A DNA stretch of 1,235 bases from NCBI GenBank assembly GCA_000004985.1, contig GG739487.1; one strand, 5' to 3'. A program made the translations under genes and the position numbers. Below are positions 1-1,235 of the stretch, in pieces; position 1 is the first letter of the stretch, and every line of letters begins with the position of its first letter. The notes beneath the pieces were generated by a model. That model had not been told where the DNA came from, did no database searches, and saw nothing but the letters and a program-made list of their open reading frames with translations. This DNA comes from Naegleria gruberi (Eukaryota).

Positions 1-306
1 CTTTTTGTTGCTTCTATTATCATACATAGCAGTGATATAATTCCATCAAACTTATTCCTCCATTGCGATTGGAGCGAATGTAAGTCTGAACACTTTCCGC
101 CATACCCTAACTAGTTTTTAATAACTTAGCTGGTAGTGTATACAATTTGAGTTCGACAAGTGGTTATTGCTCTCGCCTATCTCCATTCAAAAGGAATGGT
201 CCACAGAGATTTGAAACAAACCAATATTTTCATTGCAAAATCTCCAGAAAACCCTCAATCTTCATCAAAATGGAATAATGATTTTTTATGGTCTTTCTTT
301 TCATAA
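1..306 (+). pseudogene. Protein-kinase catalytic-domain remnant (subdomains about V to VIb, then a degenerate DFG-like 'DFL'). It is truncated at TAA 304-306 with no activation segment or C-lobe. Either a kinase pseudogene or an exon fragment; 5'-partial.
   Basis: Frame 1 from 151 to 303 translates to VRQVVIALAYLHSKGMVHRDLKQTNIFIAKSPENPQSSSKWNNDFLWSFFS*. ALAYLHSKGMVHRDLKQTN is the kinase helix-E/catalytic-loop signature (HRDLKxxN at 202-225). Frame 1 from 1 to 79 (…LFLHCDWSE) joins in phase 1 across a GTAAGT…TTTGAG intron (80-151). That gives …DWSEFRQVVIALAYLHS…, which matches the usual '…FSE..AR…QI..AL.YLHS' spacing. The ORF stops 27 residues after HRD-N with only 'KWNNDFLWS' in place of 'K..DFGLS', and the convergent gene begins 18 nt later, so no remaining kinase exons can follow in this window. 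Confidence 0.55.
80..151 (+). other. Putative spliceosomal intron (GTAAGT … TTTGAG), phase 1, in the kinase-like gene
   Basis: There is a canonical dictyostelid donor GTAAGT at 80-85. Frame 1 is closed in between by TAG 112-114, TAG 127-129 and TGA 148-150, but it reopens exactly in the kinase frame when 79 is joined to 152 (t|tt = Phe). An alternative acceptor TTAG at 126-129 is phase-compatible only with frame 3, which loses the HRD frame. Confidence 0.4.
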
Positions 307-313
307 AATTCAA

Positions 314-319
314 TTTATT
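314..319 (-). terminator. Putative polyadenylation signal AATAAA for the minus-strand gene, 5 nt downstream of its TAA
   Basis: + strand 'tttatt' at 314-319 reads AATAAA on the minus strand. The minus strand reads TAA-tgtaa-AATAAA-ttgaatttt. This is a motif match only and lies in an AT-rich context. Confidence 0.4.
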
Positions 320-324
320 TTACA

Positions 325-1235
325 TTATTCTTTTCTCTTCTTTAAAATTGATCTAAAATCTACTTGTTGAGCTTCACCAGCACTATTAGCAGTAACAGCA
401 GCACCACTTGTTGGAGTAGAAGGTGTTGATGATACAGATGATGGTGGTGTTGTTGTTACTGGTGTTGTAGTTGTGGTTGATTTAATAGGTGGTGGTGTTG
501 TTACTGGTGTAGTAGTAGAAGTTGGAGTAGTAGTATTTGATGTTTTGTTTTTGAGTTGAGATCTAAAATCAACTTGTTGAACTCCTCCACCACCAGTAGT
601 AGCAGTAGTAGATGGAGGTGGATTGGATGGTTTTGATGGTGGAATTTCATTCTTTTTATCTTGTACAACTTGAACAGATGGTGGTGAAGTATTTGATTGA
701 TCTTCTGTCTTTTTCTTTAAATTTGATCTAAAATCAACTTGTGTACCACTTCCTGTATTATTATTAGTATTAGGTGAAGTAGTAGTTCTAGTTGTTGTTG
801 ATGGTGGTGGAGTAATAGTATTATTATTATTACTCTTAGTAGTATCAATTGAAGATGGTTGAGTGGTAGAAGAAGAAGATGGTTGATCTTTCTTTTTTAA
901 ATTAGATCTAAAATCAATTTGACCACTTGAAGGAGTATTAACACTATTACTTGTATTACTTGTATTAGTATTAATAGTATTAATAGTATTTGGTGAAGTA
1001 GCAGAAGTATTTAAATTACTTGTAGATTCCTTCTTTTTCAATGCAGATCTAAAATCAACTTGTTGAACACTTCCTCCTCCAACTGATGATGATGATGTAT
1101 TATCATTTGATTGAGTATCATCTTGTTGAGTTTTCTTTAATCTCATTTCAGATAATACTGATTGTGAAATTGCAACACTTAATCTTCTATTAGCATCATT
1201 TGTTACTGACACTGATGATGGTGATGTTATTGCTG
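325..1235 (-). CDS. C-terminal portion (5'-partial in window) of a Ser/Thr/Asn/Pro-rich low-complexity protein with 5 (+1 degenerate) copies of a QQVDFRSxLKKK motif and a polybasic KKRKE C-terminus. Family not recognised.
   Basis: A single uninterrupted minus-strand frame from the window edge to TAA at 327..325, more than 300 codons in an AT-rich genome where random open frames are short. The 'M' at 1212 in the ORF track is GTG (plus-strand 'cac' at 1210-1212), and the frame stays open upstream (…AITSPSSVSV…) to 1235, so the start lies outside the window. Codon usage is strongly biased (AGA, GGT, ACT/ACA, TCA, AAT). The motif is conserved at regular spacing across divergent linkers, which argues for selection on the protein. 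Confidence 0.8.
   Translation of the reverse strand, partial: AITSPSSVSVTNDANRRLSVAISQSVLSEMRLKKTQQDDTQSNDNTSSSSVGGGSVQQVDFRSALKKKESTSNLNTSATSPNTINTINTNTSNTSNSVNTPSSGQIDFRSNLKKKDQPSSSSTTQPSSIDTTKSNNNNTITPPPSTTTRTTTSPNTNNNTGSGTQVDFRSNLKKKTEDQSNTSPPSVQVVQDKKNEIPPSKPSNPPPSTTATTGGGGVQQVDFRSQLKNKTSNTTTPTSTTTPVTTPPPIKSTTTTTPVTTTPPSSVSSTPSTPTSGAAVTANSAGEAQQVDFRSILKKRKE
331..369 (-). repeat. Motif copy 5 (C-terminal): QQVDFRSILKKRK, followed by E-stop
   Basis: + strand core 'gatctaaaatc' at 350-360. The protein ends KKRKE with TAA at 327..325. Confidence 0.85.
544..579 (-). repeat. Motif copy 4: QQVDFRSQLKNK (aa 212-223)
   Basis: + strand core 'gatctaaaatc' at 560-570. It shares 24 identical nt with copy 1 and is preceded by GGGGVQQ (copy 1 has GGGSVQQ). 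Confidence 0.85.
709..741 (-). repeat. Motif copy 3: QVDFRSNLKKK (aa 158-168)
   Basis: + strand core 'gatctaaaatc' at 725-735, followed by 'aacttg' as in copies 1 and 4. Confidence 0.85.
889..921 (-). repeat. Motif copy 2: QIDFRSNLKKK (aa 98-108)
   Basis: + strand core 'gatctaaaatc' at 905-915. D-F-R-S uses the same codons (GAT TTT AGA TC) as the other copies. Confidence 0.85.
946..990 (-). repeat. In-frame coding microsatellite: imperfect 9-nt tandem units encoding NTINTINTNTSNTSN
   Basis: + strand has 'tacttgtat tacttgtat' then 'tagtattaa tagtattaa tagtatt' at about 946-1000, a 9-nt periodicity that keeps the frame. This is typical of Asn/Thr-rich dictyostelid coding repeats. Confidence 0.7.
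1030..1065 (-). repeat. Motif copy 1: QQVDFRSALKKK (aa 50-61 of ORF-track numbering)
   Basis: The + strand has the core 'gatctaaaatc' at 1036-1046. The 24-nt 'agatctaaaatcaacttgttgaac' at 1035-1058 is identical to copy 4 (559-582). It is preceded by GGGSVQQ. Confidence 0.85.
1129..1164 (-). repeat. Possible degenerate sixth (N-proximal) copy: QSVLSEMRLKKT
   Basis: It aligns without gaps to the consensus Q-x-V-x5-L-K-K-[KT]. Q, V and LKK are retained, and the ending LKKT resembles the beta-thymosin 'LKKT' signature. The DFRS core is replaced. Confidence 0.4.

Noticed and set aside
130-278. Alternative splice acceptor TTAG at 126-129, giving a frame-3 exon (GSVYNLSSTSGYCSRLSPFKRNG…KME*, stop 276-278). 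The intronic frame-3 'LVFNNLAGSVYNL' superficially resembles kinase subdomain V (LVMEY..GGSLYDL).
   Set aside because: This frame runs out of register with the unmistakable HRDLK catalytic-loop frame and yields a non-kinase-like tail. The 80-151 intron model keeps a single frame through YLHS/HRD with sensible helix-D/E spacing. It is kept only as an alternative possibility; RNA-seq would decide.
1-324. Possible promoter/TATA elements or a terminator hairpin in the AT-rich spacer
   Set aside because: Both genes end here (convergent), so no promoter is expected in this region. AT-richness makes TATA-like strings meaningless here, and no convincing stem-loop was seen by eye.
613-642. Proline-rich stretch IPPSKPSNPPPS as a profilin/SH3/EVH1-binding poly-Pro segment (these often accompany WH2 motifs)
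   Set aside because: There are only three consecutive prolines and no FPPPP or PxxP class I/II consensus with appropriate basic residues. This is too weak to call a binding site and is consistent with generic low-complexity linker composition.
904-909. Recurrent AGATCT (BglII) palindromes at 559, 904 and 1035
   Set aside because: This is simply the reverse complement of the Arg-Ser codons (AGA-TCT) of the DFRS motif. Copies with a different following codon lack it. It has no independent significance.
350-1046. Five copies of an identical 11-nt core (gatctaaaatc) separated by 134-211 nt 'spacers', superficially CRISPR-like
   Set aside because: The spacing is irregular and far longer than CRISPR spacers. 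The repeats are in-frame codons (D-F-R-S) of one continuous eukaryotic-type ORF, there are no flanking cas-like ORFs, and the codon usage is dictyostelid-like. This is a protein motif repeat, not a CRISPR array.
1210-1212. Start codon 'M' at the beginning of the ORF-track protein (MSVTNDANRR…)
   Set aside because: The codon is GTG (plus-strand 'cac'), not ATG. The same frame stays open for the remaining 23 nt to the window edge (…AITSPSSVSV…), so this is an ORF-caller artefact. The real start is upstream of the window.

Overview
This is an AT-rich eukaryotic window. The codon usage (AGA Arg, GGT Gly, A/T third positions), the S/T/N/P/Q-rich low-complexity coding and a GTAAGT intron donor all look dictyostelid (social amoeba) rather than prokaryotic. 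It contains the converging 3' ends of two genes.

(1) On the minus strand there is one long open frame running from the window edge (1235) to a TAA at 325-327. The 'M' at 1212 in the ORF track is really a GTG; the frame stays open upstream to the end of the window, so the true N-terminus lies outside it. The product is a serine/threonine/asparagine/proline-rich, largely disordered-looking protein with five well-conserved copies of a 12-aa motif, Q-[QV]-[VI]-D-F-R-S-x-L-K-[KN]-K, 48-70 residues apart (copy 4 reads K-N-K, all others K-K-K). A sixth, degenerate copy sits near the N-terminus (QSVLSEMRLKKT). The last copy ends the protein with a polybasic KKRKE tail. The linkers have diverged, but the motif core is nearly identical even at the nucleotide level (gatctaaaatc on the + strand, five times). 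The motif ends in an LKK[KT] signature loosely like WH2/beta-thymosin actin-monomer-binding motifs, but it is not canonical. I cannot assign a known family from the sequence alone.

(2) On the plus strand, 1-306 carries a short protein-kinase catalytic-domain remnant with an unmistakable subdomain VIa/VIb ...VVIALAYLHSKGMVHRDLKQTNIF.... It is joined in frame to upstream coding by a plausible GTAAGT...AG intron at 80-151. It terminates at TAA 304-306 with only a degenerate DFG-like 'DFL' and no C-lobe, so it is either a truncated kinase pseudogene or an exon fragment.

The two stop codons are only 18 nt apart, so the 3' UTRs must overlap. An AATAAA for the minus gene lies 5 nt past its stop. 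No RNA genes, CRISPR arrays, transposon ends or prokaryotic defence-type systems are visible. The repeated 11-nt cores are in-frame coding repeats, not a CRISPR array.
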